Of a stretch of DNA of 64,000 nt, positions 28,270 through 39,472 are shown piece after piece; the first letter of the stretch is position 1; every line of letters begins with the position of its first letter. The DNA lies in assembly GCA_963827085.1 (NCBI GenBank), contig CAWGZY010000007.1, positions 115,039-179,038 of the forward strand, given 5' to 3'. Origin of the DNA: an uncultured Bacteroidota bacterium. GTDB lineage: Bacteria; Bacteroidota; Ignavibacteria; UBA10030; UBA8401. The translations under genes and the position numbers were made by a program. A model generated the notes under the pieces. It ran no database searches. It was not told the origin of the DNA and worked only from the letters and a program-made list of their open reading frames with translations.

Positions 28270-29373
28270 TCAAATTACTTTTTCCGTCTCCTTGTTGAAG
28301 AAGTGAGCCTTGGCCATATTGAACGCGAGGTCCATTTCCTTCCCCGCTTTCGGTTCTTCCGTTGCTATGATGCGTGAAACGTACTGCTTGCCGTTGCCCG
28401 TGGTAAAGTAGACGAAAATTTCATTTCCCATCGGTTCGACAACTTCGATTTTGGCCTTGCAGAAGGAAAAAGCGGCGCCGCTCGATTTCTTAGCGTCAGA
28501 AATATGTTCAGGCCTGATCCCCAGCCAAATTCCTTTGCCGATATATGTCTTCAATTTTGCCTCGGACGCTTTAGGAACCTTGAGCGCAACGCCCGTCGTG
28601 TCCTCGGTGAAAACGAGTCCTTTGTGTTTCGAAATCGTTCCTTCCATAAAATTCATTGCGGGGCTTCCGATAAAACCCGCAACAAATTTATTCAGCGGGT
28701 TATGGTAAAGGTTCAACGGAGTGTTCGTTTGCTGGACGCTTCCGTTTTTCATCACAACAATCTTGTCCCCCATCGTCATCGCCTCGGTCTGATCGTGTGT
28801 CACGTAGACCATGGTCGACTTCAGGCTGTGGTGAAGTTTTGAGATCTCGGTGCGCATCTGGACACGCAGCTTTGCGTCGAGGTTGCTGAGGGGTTCATCG
28901 AAAAGAAAAACTTTTGGCTTGCGAACAATTGCCCTGCCCAACGCCACACGCTGGCGTTGTCCGCCCGATAATGCTTTCGGTTTTCGGTCGAGATATTCTT
29001 CGATACCGAGAATTTGCGCTGCTTCGCGCACTCGGCTCTCTATTTCTGCTTTCGGATATTTTCGGAGTTTCAAGCCGAATGCCATGTTTTCATACACTGT
29101 CATATGCGGATACAAGGCATAATTCTGGAACACCATAGCGATGTCACGGTCTTTGGGGGGAACCTCATTCACAACTGTTCCTCCGATGGAAATTGTCCCG
29201 CTGGTGATATCTTCAAGGCCCGCAATCATTCGAAGTGTCGTAGATTTTCCGCAGCCGGAGGGGCCGACGAGCACGACGAATTCCTTGTCGGCGATATCGA
29301 TGTTCACGTCCTTTACGGCGACGACACCCCCCTCATATTCTTTCCGTATGTTTTCAAGCTTAACACTTGCCAC
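28270..29373 (-). CDS. ABC transporter ATP-binding protein, MalK/UgpC/MsmK-like with C-terminal TOBE domain (orphan, no cognate permease nearby)
   Basis: Walker A GPSGCGKST, LSGGQRQR, FLFDEPLSNLD; a C-terminal transport-associated OB domain; the GTG start giving MASVKLENI is preferred, which removes the overlap with aroA. Confidence 0.8.
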   Translation of the reverse strand: MASVKLENIRKEYEGGVVAVKDVNIDIADKEFVVLVGPSGCGKSTTLRMIAGLEDITSGTISIGGTVVNEVPPKDRDIAMVFQNYALYPHMTVYENMAFGLKLRKYPKAEIESRVREAAQILGIEEYLDRKPKALSGGQRQRVALGRAIVRKPKVFLFDEPLSNLDAKLRVQMRTEISKLHHSLKSTMVYVTHDQTEAMTMGDKIVVMKNGSVQQTNTPLNLYHNPLNKFVAGFIGSPAMNFMEGTISKHKGLVFTEDTTGVALKVPKASEAKLKTYIGKGIWLGIRPEHISDAKKSSGAAFSFCKAKIEVVEPMGNEIFVYFTTGNGKQYVSRIIATEEPKAGKEMDLAFNMAKAHFFNKETEKVI

Positions 29374-29384
29374 AGCGACCTCGA

Positions 29385-30668
29385 CTAATTTGCCAACGTG
29401 TGAAGCGTATCCCAAAATGCAGGGAATGAAATATCAACGCAGCCGGAGTCTTTTATCGTCGACTCACCCTGAAGATTGGCTGCAGCAACACCGAACGCCA
29501 TGGCGATGCGGTGATCTCCAAAGCTGTCAAAGGTGGACGGAATTAAGAGACTTTTTGAATTAAATGCAAATCCGTCCTCTAGCTCTTCAACGTCAAGCCC
29601 CATGAGAGAAAGATTTTCGCACACCGCGCCGATGCGGTCGCTCTCTTTGTTGCGCAGTTCAAACGCGCCGTGCACTTCAAACGTTCCAATCGCGAAGGCA
29701 GCAGCAACGGCGAGGATCGGAATTTCATCAATAATGTTTGGGATGATCGCTCCTTGAAGAATCACATTCGATCGAAGATCGGAGCTTTTCACAACGATAT
29801 CACCGATGGGTTCACCGCCGATGACCCTCTCGTTTTCGATTGAGATATTGCCCCCCATCGAACGAAGTACGTCGAGAAATCCTGTCCGTGTAGGATTGAT
29901 ACCGACATTCCTGATCATGAGTTCAGAATCTTGAGCTACGAGCCCGGCCACGATAAAAAATGCGGCGGATGATGGATCGCCTGGAATGGTGAATTCTTTC
30001 GCCGGGATTTTCTTTCTCCCGATTACCGAAACATGAGTTTTACCGTTCGTTCGAGTTGTGGTCAATCCGAGCATTCGTTCGGTGTGGTCCCGGGAACCCT
30101 GAGACTCCTCGACCGTCGTTGTTCCTTCCGCAAACAAACCCGCAAGAAGAATTGCCGATTTCACTTGAGCGCTGGGGATAGGAAGCTCGTAGGTAATTCC
30201 ATGAAGTTTCTCTGAAGGGAAAAATTTTAGCGGTGCGGTGAGTTTGTCGGTTCCGACGACATGGGCACCCATCTCCGTCAACGGGTCGATGATGCGCTTC
30301 ATCGGTCTTCGCACAAGGTATTGATCGCCTGAAATTTGGCTCGGAAATTTTTGGCCTGCCAATATCCCTGATAAGAGACGGATCGTTGTCCCGGAGTTTC
30401 CAGCGTCCAGCTGTTCATTAGGCTGGCGATAACCATGGAGCCCTTTCCCAACGATGCGGAGCGCTTTTGTCGTCAACGTTGTCTCGATACCCAGTGCTTC
30501 GATGCATTCGAGTGTGCTTCGTGGATCCGCGGCGTTCAGAAATCCGACAATCTCCGTTGTCCCCTCGGCAAGAGAACCAATCATGACCGCGCGGTGCGAT
30601 ATTGACTTATCTCCCGGGACGGTGATTTCGCCCCGAAGATGTCGGGCCGGTTGGAGTATCTTATCCAT
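29385..30668 (-). CDS. aroA: 3-phosphoshikimate 1-carboxyvinyltransferase (EPSP synthase)
   Basis: 427 aa; N-terminal LRGEITVPGDKSISHRA signature. Confidence 0.9.
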   Translation of the reverse strand: MDKILQPARHLRGEITVPGDKSISHRAVMIGSLAEGTTEIVGFLNAADPRSTLECIEALGIETTLTTKALRIVGKGLHGYRQPNEQLDAGNSGTTIRLLSGILAGQKFPSQISGDQYLVRRPMKRIIDPLTEMGAHVVGTDKLTAPLKFFPSEKLHGITYELPIPSAQVKSAILLAGLFAEGTTTVEESQGSRDHTERMLGLTTTRTNGKTHVSVIGRKKIPAKEFTIPGDPSSAAFFIVAGLVAQDSELMIRNVGINPTRTGFLDVLRSMGGNISIENERVIGGEPIGDIVVKSSDLRSNVILQGAIIPNIIDEIPILAVAAAFAIGTFEVHGAFELRNKESDRIGAVCENLSLMGLDVEELEDGFAFNSKSLLIPSTFDSFGDHRIAMAFGVAAANLQGESTIKDSGCVDISFPAFWDTLHTLAN

Positions 30669-30724
30669 GGAAAATACCCGTTCCCGTAATCGCTAAAGGA
30701 ATAAATTGATCCACGGACCGTTTT

Positions 30725-32836
30725 TTAGTTGCTTTGTGGAACTTCGTCTTTTTTCTTCTCCGCAAGCAAGACTGCTTTTCGGCTAAGATTGAGCCTTCCC
30801 TTGTCGTCAATTTCAAGAAGCTTAACGTCGAAAACATCGCCTACCTTGACAAAATCGGCAACCTTTTCGATTCGCTTCAGGTCAAGCTGAGAGACGTGGA
30901 CCAACCCTTCTTTGCCGGGGAGGATTTCAACAAAGGCGCCGAAATCCATGATCTTCTTCACTGTCGCTTTGTACGTTTTTCCAACTTCCGGCACTTCGGT
31001 AATTCGTCCGATCATGGCACGTGCTTTTTCACTTGCCTCTTTTGATGTTGCGGCGATGACGATTGTGCCGTCATCCTCAATATTAACCTCAGCACCTGAT
31101 TCCGAGACGATGTTTCGGATATTCTTGCCGCCCGGACCGATGACTGCTCCGATCATGTCGACAGGAATCTTGATCGTCGTTAATCGTGGTGCGTACTGGC
31201 TCAAGTCTCCCCGCGGCGCCGAAATCGCGTCGTCCATTATTGCAAGCTTGTGGAGCCTTCCGTCCTTTGCTTGCTGAACGGCTTTTTCAAGTATTTCAAA
31301 CGAGATTCCCTTGATTTTGATGTCCATTTGAAATGCAGTAATGCCATCCTTCGTTCCTGCGACTTTGAAATCCATATCACCGAGATGATCCTCGTTGCCG
31401 AGAATATCGCTGAGAATAGCGACGCGGTCTCCTTCTTTCACCAACCCCATGGCAATTCCCGCGACCGATTTTTTCAGCGGAACGCCTCCGTCGTACAGCG
31501 CTAACGATCCGGCGCAGACCGTCGCCATAGAGGAGGATCCGTTCGATTCAAGAATATCGGAAACGATGCGAATGGTATAAGGGAATTCTTTCCCGTCGGG
31601 GAGAATATTTTTCAACGCACGCTCGGCAAGGTTGCCGTGTCCGACTTCTCGCCGGCCTGTTGCTAACCTTCCTGTTTCGCCGACGCTGAACGGGGGAAAA
31701 TTGTAATGCAGCATGAAGCGGCGAGTTGTTTTTGGGAGTAATCCGTCGACCATTTGCTCGTCGAGTTTCGTGCCGAGTGTCACGGTGGTTAATGATTGGG
31801 TCTCACCCCGTGTAAAAAGAGCGGAGCCGTGTGCGCGTGGCAGAAGGCCAAGCTCAATGGATATCGGGCGGATGTCCGTCAATCCACGCCCGTCCAGACG
31901 CTTTTTCTTTATGAGGATCATTTCCCGCATCTCATACTTTTCGATGTCGTGCAGGATTTGCTTGATGGCATCTTCTTGATCCAGGAATTTTTCGGCAAGA
32001 GCAGTATTGACTTCCGCCTCGATCGCAGCATTTGCCTTTGAACGATCGTCCTTTGACAACACGGTGTTTACCGTTGTCCGTATTTTCTCTTCCGCAACCC
32101 CCTTTACGGCTGCGAGCAACTCGGGATTGATTTCAGGGAGCGAAATAGGGCGCTTCGGCATTTTAATTTCTGCTGCAAGCTCTCTTTGCAGGGCGCAAAT
32201 TTTCTTAATGGCCTCATGGGCAAACTTGAGTGCCGCAAGGATATCTGATTCACTGATTTCGCGGGACTCCCCTTCAACCATCACAATCGAATCGTCAGTA
32301 CCTGCTACGGTGACATCGATGTCGCTCGCTTCCAACTCGTCAAAGGTCGGGTTGATGAGAAATTCTCCATTGGCCCGGCCGATGCGCACCTCGGCGATTG
32401 GGCCGTCGAATGGCGAATCCGATATCATCAATGCCGCCGACGCTGCGCACGCTCCGAGAACGTCCGCGTCATTCTGCTGGTCCGACGAGAAGACGTTCAC
32501 AATGATTTGCGTTTCGCTATGGTAGCCCTCCGGAAACATCGGCCGGATCGGCCGATCGATAAGTCGTGAGGAGAGAATTTCTTTATCGGACGGCCTTCCC
32601 TCCCGTTTCAAAAATCCTCCGGGAATTTTCCCCGCAGAAGACATCTTTTCGCGGTATTCCACTTGAAGTGGAAAATAATCCAGATCATCCTCGGATTCTT
32701 TCGGTGCGACGACCGTTGCGAGTACCATTGTATCGGCGTACCGTGCCATCACTGCGCCGTCTGCCTGCCTGGCGAATCTGCCGGTTTCAAACGACAGCGT
32801 CTTATTTCCTATTTGAATTTCTTTTTTGACTACCAT
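30725..32836 (-). CDS. pnp: Polyribonucleotide nucleotidyltransferase (PNPase)
   Basis: 703 aa; two RNase PH domains plus KH and S1 domains; downstream of rpsO. Confidence 0.95.
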   Translation of the reverse strand: MVVKKEIQIGNKTLSFETGRFARQADGAVMARYADTMVLATVVAPKESEDDLDYFPLQVEYREKMSSAGKIPGGFLKREGRPSDKEILSSRLIDRPIRPMFPEGYHSETQIIVNVFSSDQQNDADVLGACAASAALMISDSPFDGPIAEVRIGRANGEFLINPTFDELEASDIDVTVAGTDDSIVMVEGESREISESDILAALKFAHEAIKKICALQRELAAEIKMPKRPISLPEINPELLAAVKGVAEEKIRTTVNTVLSKDDRSKANAAIEAEVNTALAEKFLDQEDAIKQILHDIEKYEMREMILIKKKRLDGRGLTDIRPISIELGLLPRAHGSALFTRGETQSLTTVTLGTKLDEQMVDGLLPKTTRRFMLHYNFPPFSVGETGRLATGRREVGHGNLAERALKNILPDGKEFPYTIRIVSDILESNGSSSMATVCAGSLALYDGGVPLKKSVAGIAMGLVKEGDRVAILSDILGNEDHLGDMDFKVAGTKDGITAFQMDIKIKGISFEILEKAVQQAKDGRLHKLAIMDDAISAPRGDLSQYAPRLTTIKIPVDMIGAVIGPGGKNIRNIVSESGAEVNIEDDGTIVIAATSKEASEKARAMIGRITEVPEVGKTYKATVKKIMDFGAFVEILPGKEGLVHVSQLDLKRIEKVADFVKVGDVFDVKLLEIDDKGRLNLSRKAVLLAEKKKDEVPQSN

Positions 32837-32905
32837 GAGTATTCTTTGCCTTATTTGAATCGATTGACTGCTGAATTATTTCAGCGCGTCTCTTGCGCAT
32901 TCCCG

Positions 32906-33175
32906 TTACTTGCGGATTTCGAGTTCTTGAATGATTTTCCGGTACCGTTCTATGTTTTTTTCCATCAGATAATCGAGCAAGCGGCGGCGCTTCCCGACCA
33001 TCCGCAACAAACCAACCCGCGAGTGGTTATCTTTTTTGTGCGTATCAAAGTGAGATGAGAGCGCGTTGATGTTTGCGGTAAGAATGGCGATTTGGACTTC
33101 AGGAGTCCCGGAATCACTCGGAGATTTGCCGTACTTTTTAATGAATTCCGTTTTTTGAGCTTTTGAAATTGACAT
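32906..33175 (-). CDS. rpsO: 30S ribosomal protein S15
   Basis: 89 aa [16 protein letters not shown]... is unmistakable S15. Confidence 0.9.
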   Translation of the reverse strand: MSISKAQKTEFIKKYGKSPSDSGTPEVQIAILTANINALSSHFDTHKKDNHSRVGLLRMVGKRRRLLDYLMEKNIERYRKIIQELEIRK

Positions 33176-33209
33176 GAACACTCCTTAGAAATAATAGTAT
33201 AGTGTGCTG

Positions 33210-34169
33210 TTAAACATTCTCTAAAATATTTTTCCCGATACGTTTATCATTATTCATTTCTTTTATTAACTCCTCGGAGGACCCGAATTTCTTCTCCCCC
33301 CGAATCCGTTGGACACACTCGACCGTTACCGTCCGTCCATAGATATCTTCGCTAAAATTATAGATAAAGACCTCACATACCTGTGCATGATGTTCATAAA
33401 ATGTCGGCAGAACGCCGATGCTCATAAGCCCATCATGTACTGAACTGTCCACAAAAACCTTCACTGCGTATACGCCGTTTCCGGGAAGAACCTTTCGCGG
33501 ATCGTTCACGGCAATGTTGGCCGTTGGAAACCCCAGCGTCTTCCCTCGGCCGTCTCCCGCGATCACTGTTCCGGAAAAACTGAAACGCCTCCCGAGCAGG
33601 CCGTTCGCTTTGTTGACATCTCCGTCGAGCAGGATCGAACGAATTCGCGAGCTGCTCACAAGTTCACCGTTTGTAATGTATTGCTTTTCCGCAACCACGG
33701 AAAAACCGAATTCTCGTCCCAACGCAAGCAGTTGAGCCAGGCCGGCTTCACGGTCTCTGCCGAATCCATGGTCGTATCCTTCAATAACTTCACTTACTCC
33801 GACGCCGTTGATGATATAGTCGACATAAAATTCGCGAAAGGGTTTTCGTGAAAACTCGTATGTAAACGGAACGACAAATGTTACATCAACACCAAGCTGA
33901 GCAAGCAGCGCGATCTTTTCGTCGTGGGTCGTCAGCAATGCAACCCGGTTCGCTGCTTCGTGCCCATTATCCCGTTCCTTAATCCCTACAACTTCTTTCG
34001 GATGTGGGTTGAATGTGACAATAACACTCTGTCCGTTCCTTTCCTTCGCTCTTTGAATCACCTCGCGAATAATTTTTTGATGCGCAAGATGAACGCCGTC
34101 AAAAGTTCCGATTGAGATAACGGAATCTTTGTTGCGGGTGATTTCCGAAAGCGATTGAACAATTTTCAT
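33210..34169 (-). CDS. ribF: Bifunctional riboflavin kinase / FMN adenylyltransferase
   Basis: GTFDGVHLAHQ nucleotidyltransferase motif and a C-terminal riboflavin kinase domain. Confidence 0.85.
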   Translation of the reverse strand: MKIVQSLSEITRNKDSVISIGTFDGVHLAHQKIIREVIQRAKERNGQSVIVTFNPHPKEVVGIKERDNGHEAANRVALLTTHDEKIALLAQLGVDVTFVVPFTYEFSRKPFREFYVDYIINGVGVSEVIEGYDHGFGRDREAGLAQLLALGREFGFSVVAEKQYITNGELVSSSRIRSILLDGDVNKANGLLGRRFSFSGTVIAGDGRGKTLGFPTANIAVNDPRKVLPGNGVYAVKVFVDSSVHDGLMSIGVLPTFYEHHAQVCEVFIYNFSEDIYGRTVTVECVQRIRGEKKFGSSEELIKEMNNDKRIGKNILENV

Positions 34170-34173
34170 ACTT

Positions 34174-34914
34174 CTACACAAGCCCCGCCGGAGTACACCG
34201 GTCGCTCAGAGAATGCAAATCTTCAATTTGCAGCGCTTGTCGGAGCGATAAACTCCCGATGCGTGTGCGCCGGAGCTCTTTCAAATATGCCCCGCAGAGT
34301 AATTTTTTTCCGCATTCATCCACGATCGACCGAATGTATGTTCCCTTCGAACACACAACGCGGAAATAGACTAACGGCAGTTCCATTTTTATCAACGTGA
34401 ATTCGGAAACAGTAATTTCCCGGGGCTGGCGCTCCAACGAGCGCCCCTTTCGGGCATACTTGTACAGCGGCTTTCCGCCGTATTTCACTGCTGAATACAT
34501 CGGCGGTATCTGCAGCTGCATACCGACGAATGTGGAAAAAACATCTAGGACTTGCTTCTCATCGATACGCAAAAAATCTCTTTGATCTTGCTCTGGAGTT
34601 TCAGAATCGAAGCTTGCTGTCGTTGCACCAAGCTGCATAACTCCTTCATACTCTTTCTCTTGTCCGGTGAACGTATCGATTTCTTTTGTCTTTTTTCCGG
34701 TGCAAAGAATTAATAAGCCCGTCGCTTTCGGGTCGAGCGTTCCGGCATGTCCCACTTTTTTTACATGGAATAAATCTCTTACGCGGTGCACTACGTCGAA
34801 CGATGTCCAGTTTAACGGCTTATCGACAAGAAGAACCTCCCCTTTCTCAAAATCAAGCGTGCTGACATCCGATGTCATCGCGATCGGTTCACTTTGGTTT
34901 ATTGTCATTCTCAT
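34174..34914 (-). CDS. truB: tRNA pseudouridine(55) synthase
   Basis: LLVDKPLNWTSFDVV and GHAGTLDPKATG motifs. Confidence 0.9.
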   Translation of the reverse strand: MRMTINQSEPIAMTSDVSTLDFEKGEVLLVDKPLNWTSFDVVHRVRDLFHVKKVGHAGTLDPKATGLLILCTGKKTKEIDTFTGQEKEYEGVMQLGATTASFDSETPEQDQRDFLRIDEKQVLDVFSTFVGMQLQIPPMYSAVKYGGKPLYKYARKGRSLERQPREITVSEFTLIKMELPLVYFRVVCSKGTYIRSIVDECGKKLLCGAYLKELRRTRIGSLSLRQALQIEDLHSLSDRCTPAGLV

Positions 34915-35245
34915 GGATCTTCTTTATCAAGTTCTCCAAGGTTTCGACCTTGTCCATCGTATTGTCGTGGTAGAATTGCAGCACCGGCGTATATTTCATG
35001 TTGACGTGCGATGCAAGAAGTCCGCGAATGCGGGATTTTTCGCTCTCTAACCGCGCCAACGTTTTTTCTCTCACAGGGGGTGCACCCAAAATACTCACAT
35101 AGATTTTTGCGAGCTTAAGATCGGGCGTCACCCGGACTTCGGTAACGGTACTGAAGCCTAATTCTCCGCCGCTGTATTCACGGCTGATAATAGTTCCAAG
35201 TTCATGCCGGATGAGCGATGCAACTCTTTCTGTCCTGACTGACAT
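34889..35245 (-). CDS. rbfA: Ribosome-binding factor A
   Basis: 118 aa; RbfA KH-like core (RVASLIRHELGTII...VTEVRVTPDLKLAKIYVS). Confidence 0.85.
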   Translation of the reverse strand: MSVRTERVASLIRHELGTIISREYSGGELGFSTVTEVRVTPDLKLAKIYVSILGAPPVREKTLARLESEKSRIRGLLASHVNMKYTPVLQFYHDNTMDKVETLENLIKKIHENDNKPK

Positions 35246-35289
35246 CGTATACCTTTTGCAGAGGAAAAAACGAACATTCGTAATTCCTA

Positions 35290-37998
35290 TTAGAGCTTAC
35301 GCTTTGTTTCTATCACCTTGTATGCTTCGAGAATATCGCTGACTTTGATGTCATTGAAATTTTCCAAACCAATGCCGCATTCGAACCCTTGCTCTACTTC
35401 GCGCACATCGTCCTTGAATCGTTTTAGTGAAGCAAGAGTTCCGTCGAAAATTGCGATCCCATCGCGAAGCAGGCGCACTTTGTTATTCCGAACAATTTTT
35501 CCGTCGGTGACGTAACAACCGGCGATCGTTCCTATTTTAGGGACCTTAAACGTCTCGCGCACTTCGACCGTAGCGGTCACTTCCTCCGAAAGCGTAGGAG
35601 CAAGTAATCCTTCGAGGGCATTCCGCACTTCGTTGATAGCGTCGTAGATGATGTTGTAAAGCCGTATGTCGACTTTCTCCTGCTCGGCGAGGCGGCGTGC
35701 GTTCAAATTCGGCCGTACGTGGAACCCGATGATGACTGCGTTGGACGCTGCGGCGAGCAGAACATCCGATTCAGAAATCGCACCGACTCCTTTGTGAATA
35801 ACGTGTATTTTTACTTCCGCTGTGGAAAGTTTCATTAGCGAATCGGCGAGTGCCTCAACCGAGCCGTCAACATCCCCTTTGACAACGATCGAGAGCTCTC
35901 TGACTTGCTGACCCGCTTGAATTTGCTCTGAAATTTCGTCAAGCGTAACAAAATGGATTTGCCTGAAATCCTGCTCACGCTTCAGCTGCTGCCGCTTGAG
36001 GCTGATTTCGCGCGCTATGCGGTCCGAATCGACCGCAATAAACTGGTCGCCCGCCTGTGGAATGCCGTCGAATCCAAGAAGCTGAACAGGAGTGGACGGT
36101 CCGGCAACTTCGGTTCGGCCTCCCCGCTCATCAAACATGGCTTTTACTTTCCCGCTGTAAATTCCGCCGACAAAAGGGTCGCCGATGCGGAGCGTCCCCT
36201 TCTGAACGAGGATCGTAGCAAGAATTCCTTTTCCTTTATCGATCTGGGCTTCGACGACAGCACCGCGGGCAGTACGGTTTGGATTAGCTTTCAGGTCGAG
36301 AACTTCGGCTTCGAGCAATATCTTCTCCAACAACAGCTCGACATTCAATCCTTTCTTCGCTGAAACTTCAACGCATTGATACTTGCCTCCCCATTCTTCC
36401 ACCAAAATTCCCTTATCGGCAAGCTGTTGCCGGATCCGGTCGGGGTTCGCTTCAGGCTTATCGATCTTGTTTATTGCGATGATGATGGGGACATTCGCGG
36501 CACGTGCATGGCTTATTGCTTCGAGAGTTTGCGGCATCACACTGTCTTCGGCGGCGACCACAAGGACGACGATATCGGTCAACTGAGCGCCGCGTGCCCG
36601 CATGGCGGTGAAGGCTTCGTGTCCCGGGGTATCAAGAAACGTTATGCTCTTGCCGGAATCCAAACTTACTTCGTACGCGCCGATATGCTGTGTAATGCCG
36701 CCGGCTTCACCCGCCACGACGTTTGTCCGGCGGATATAATCAAGCAAAGAGGTTTTTCCATGGTCGACGTGTCCCATGATCGTAACGACGGGAGAACGCG
36801 GCTTCAAGGTCTCTGCTGCATCGGGTTTGTCTTCAAGGAGATCGACAGTGAATTCTTCGTAGAATTCGACCTGCAACCCGAACTCATCGGCGACGAGCAT
36901 AATATTGTCTTTATCTAATCGCTGATTGATTGATACCATTAACCCCAAGCCGATGCATTTTGCGATGACATCTGCGACGGGGACATTCATGAGGGTGGCA
37001 AGTTCGCCAACAGTGACATATTCAGTGACGCGAAGCTTTCCTTCTTCTCCTTGCGATTCCTCAAGCAGCCGCGCCTGTTCTTCTTCTCGCTCCCGTTTTC
37101 TCTTTTTCCTGTTGGTGGCGCGGAGGCTGACAACCGATTCGTCCATCCCCGCTAGAGTACGCTTGATTGCTTCATTCACCTGCGTATCATCGATTTCGTG
37201 AATTCGCAGTTTCTTCTTCTTTTTCTTCTTTTTGGAAAGATCCTCGACATCGGATTCAGCGACTTCTTTGACTTTTTCGTCTTTGACCTTTTTCTTTTTC
37301 TTCTTCCGTTTGCGCTGTTCCTCGGTCTCAACGGCAGGTCCTCCCGCCTTCCCATCTTTTTCGGCGGGTTCAGGAGTCTCCTTCAGTTCCATTTTTCCCC
37401 TGATGGTCAGACCGCGCCGCCGTGCGCTAAGCTGGTCCAAGGGCGATGTATATGCCTTATCGCCTTTTTTCTTTTTCGCACCTTGTTCTTCTATGGGCGT
37501 TTCCGCGGCAGACGGCAGCTCGCTCTTTGCTTTTTCCGGGGCAGGCTTTTCAACGGGAACAATCTGCGATTCTTCATTAGACGGAGCAATCGCACTTTCC
37601 ACGACGGCTACCTGGGGAATTGTCGGTTCTACGGTGTGCGTCTCCGGAGCCGTTTCGATTGTTGTAGGTACCGGTGGCGGTACGGCCTCTGCAGTTTCTT
37701 CGCCGGTTTTCTTCTTCGACGCTTCCTTTGTTTCCTCTTCGGCCTCTTTCTTCTTCTCAGCTGTTTTTCGCTTTGTTTCTTTGATCTCTGCGATCTTTCG
37801 CTGATGCCGGTCTGCGACGTCTTTATCTTTTTTGAAATGGGACATAATATCTTTCATCATGTCATTCTCAACGATAGACATCGGTCCCTTGATCGTGTAT
37901 CCCTTTTTTGTGAGAAATTCAATAATGGTGCCGCTCGCAAGGTTCAAGTCTTTTGCGAGATTAAATATTTTAACTTTTTTTTCCGTTGCTTCCGTCAT
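35290..37998 (-). CDS. infB: Translation initiation factor IF-2
   Basis: K/E-rich N-terminal region and a GTPase domain ([24 protein letters not shown]). Confidence 0.95.
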   Translation of the reverse strand: MTEATEKKVKIFNLAKDLNLASGTIIEFLTKKGYTIKGPMSIVENDMMKDIMSHFKKDKDVADRHQRKIAEIKETKRKTAEKKKEAEEETKEASKKKTGEETAEAVPPPVPTTIETAPETHTVEPTIPQVAVVESAIAPSNEESQIVPVEKPAPEKAKSELPSAAETPIEEQGAKKKKGDKAYTSPLDQLSARRRGLTIRGKMELKETPEPAEKDGKAGGPAVETEEQRKRKKKKKKVKDEKVKEVAESDVEDLSKKKKKKKKLRIHEIDDTQVNEAIKRTLAGMDESVVSLRATNRKKRKREREEEQARLLEESQGEEGKLRVTEYVTVGELATLMNVPVADVIAKCIGLGLMVSINQRLDKDNIMLVADEFGLQVEFYEEFTVDLLEDKPDAAETLKPRSPVVTIMGHVDHGKTSLLDYIRRTNVVAGEAGGITQHIGAYEVSLDSGKSITFLDTPGHEAFTAMRARGAQLTDIVVLVVAAEDSVMPQTLEAISHARAANVPIIIAINKIDKPEANPDRIRQQLADKGILVEEWGGKYQCVEVSAKKGLNVELLLEKILLEAEVLDLKANPNRTARGAVVEAQIDKGKGILATILVQKGTLRIGDPFVGGIYSGKVKAMFDERGGRTEVAGPSTPVQLLGFDGIPQAGDQFIAVDSDRIAREISLKRQQLKREQDFRQIHFVTLDEISEQIQAGQQVRELSIVVKGDVDGSVEALADSLMKLSTAEVKIHVIHKGVGAISESDVLLAAASNAVIIGFHVRPNLNARRLAEQEKVDIRLYNIIYDAINEVRNALEGLLAPTLSEEVTATVEVRETFKVPKIGTIAGCYVTDGKIVRNNKVRLLRDGIAIFDGTLASLKRFKDDVREVEQGFECGIGLENFNDIKVSDILEAYKVIETKRKL

Positions 37999-38061
37999 TC
38001 GAATTCCTTCAGTAAAAAGGAAACACAAACAGTAAGTGAGTAGAGCATCCTGGTATACGAG

Positions 38062-39429
38062 TTACGGCGTTTCAGTTTTTTCTTCCGCAGCAGGTTCGGA
38101 GGCAGTGTCGGGAACGGTTTCTTCTTTTTGATCCTCGCTCCCGGTGGTAGCTTTCACTGCTGCCGCTTTTTTATTTCCTTCTTCATCATCGTCTTCATCA
38201 ACTTCCGCCTCTTCGAATTCTTTTTTAATGAGAGCGACGATTTCTTTTACTTTCTCTTCTTCTAGGCCTAATTCTCCAACCAGGTCTTCGACGTCAGCTT
38301 CCATCACCTGCTGGGCCGTGTCGTAGCCGTTCTCGATAAACTTGTCGTAAATTTCTTTTCCGATTTCGTCGCGGAATTCAATAAGCTCAATGTCGTATTC
38401 CGCGCCTTCTTTCACGAGCTGAAGGTCGAAGCCGGAAAGCTTTCCGGCGAGCCGTATGTTTTGGCCTCCTTTTCCGATCGCGAGCGATACCTGATCGTCC
38501 GCCACGAGAATTGTCGCCTTTTTAGCTTCCAAATCGAGGTCGATTTTTTTCAGCTTCGCCGGAGCGAGCGCCCGCGTAATCATGACAAGGGGTTCATCGC
38601 TGTAATTGATAACGTCGATGTTTTCGTTGTTGAGCTCGCGCACAATTGCGTGAATGCGTACGCCTTTCATCCCGACACACGCGCCGACGGCATCGATACG
38701 GTCGTCGTGCGATTCAACAGCAACCTTTGCGCGGTCTCCCGGTTCACGGGCAATATCCTTGATTTCAATAATACCGTCATAGATTTCAGGGATTTCAATT
38801 TCAAAGAGCCGTGCCAAAAATTTCGTATCGGAGCGCGACACGATCACTGTCGGGTTGCCCGAATTCTTCCGCACTTCTTTAATGACTGCACGAATCGTGT
38901 CCCCTTTCTTGTAGCGCTCCTTTTGGATCTGCTCGCTTTTCGGCAAGACAACTTCATTCTTGTTATGCATGACAAGAATTTCGTTCTTTCTGATTTGATA
39001 TACTTCTCCGACGAGTATTTCGCCGATCGAATTGCTGTATTCGTTGTAAATGAGCTCTTTCTCAAGCTCCTTTATTCTTTGGTTGAGATTTTGCTTTGCC
39101 GTAATGATCAATCTCCGCCCAAAATCAGCGAGGTTGATAATTTCGACGTAGTCCTCACCGACATCGAGCGGTTCGCCGGATTTCTTTCTTGCAGATTCGA
39201 CGTCAATTTGTGTTACGGGGTCGATGACGGTTTCCACGATTTCTTTCTCGAGATAAATCTCTATGTCCCCCTTTTCCATATTGACAACGACGTCAAATTT
39301 GGCCTCCTGCCCGTATTTCTTCCGGACCATCATTCCAAAAATATCTTCCACAATTCCGACAAGAATATCTTTGTCGATAGATTTTTCCCGAACCAGTGAA
39401 GAAAATGATTCGACAATCTCATAATTCAT
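38062..39429 (-). CDS. nusA: Transcription termination/antitermination factor NusA
   Basis: S1 and KH domains with an acidic C-terminus; canonical position before infB. Confidence 0.95.
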   Translation of the reverse strand: MNYEIVESFSSLVREKSIDKDILVGIVEDIFGMMVRKKYGQEAKFDVVVNMEKGDIEIYLEKEIVETVIDPVTQIDVESARKKSGEPLDVGEDYVEIINLADFGRRLIITAKQNLNQRIKELEKELIYNEYSNSIGEILVGEVYQIRKNEILVMHNKNEVVLPKSEQIQKERYKKGDTIRAVIKEVRKNSGNPTVIVSRSDTKFLARLFEIEIPEIYDGIIEIKDIAREPGDRAKVAVESHDDRIDAVGACVGMKGVRIHAIVRELNNENIDVINYSDEPLVMITRALAPAKLKKIDLDLEAKKATILVADDQVSLAIGKGGQNIRLAGKLSGFDLQLVKEGAEYDIELIEFRDEIGKEIYDKFIENGYDTAQQVMEADVEDLVGELGLEEEKVKEIVALIKKEFEEAEVDEDDDEEGNKKAAAVKATTGSEDQKEETVPDTASEPAAEEKTETP

Positions 39430-39472
39430 TGAATCCTCCGAAGTGAAAATTGTAGTTCATCTGAGCATTTCT

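Noticed and set aside
32837-32905. Palindrome GCTGAA-TTA-TTTCAGC between rpsO and pnp
   Set aside because: This is the expected rpsO terminator and pnp leader hairpin (an RNase III-type processing site in other bacteria), so it is not novel.
37198-38043. 281-aa and 190-aa plus-strand ORFs (37198-38043, 37232-37804)
   Set aside because: They are antisense to the K/E-rich N-terminal region of infB and low-complexity (F/L/R-rich) mirror-image artefacts.
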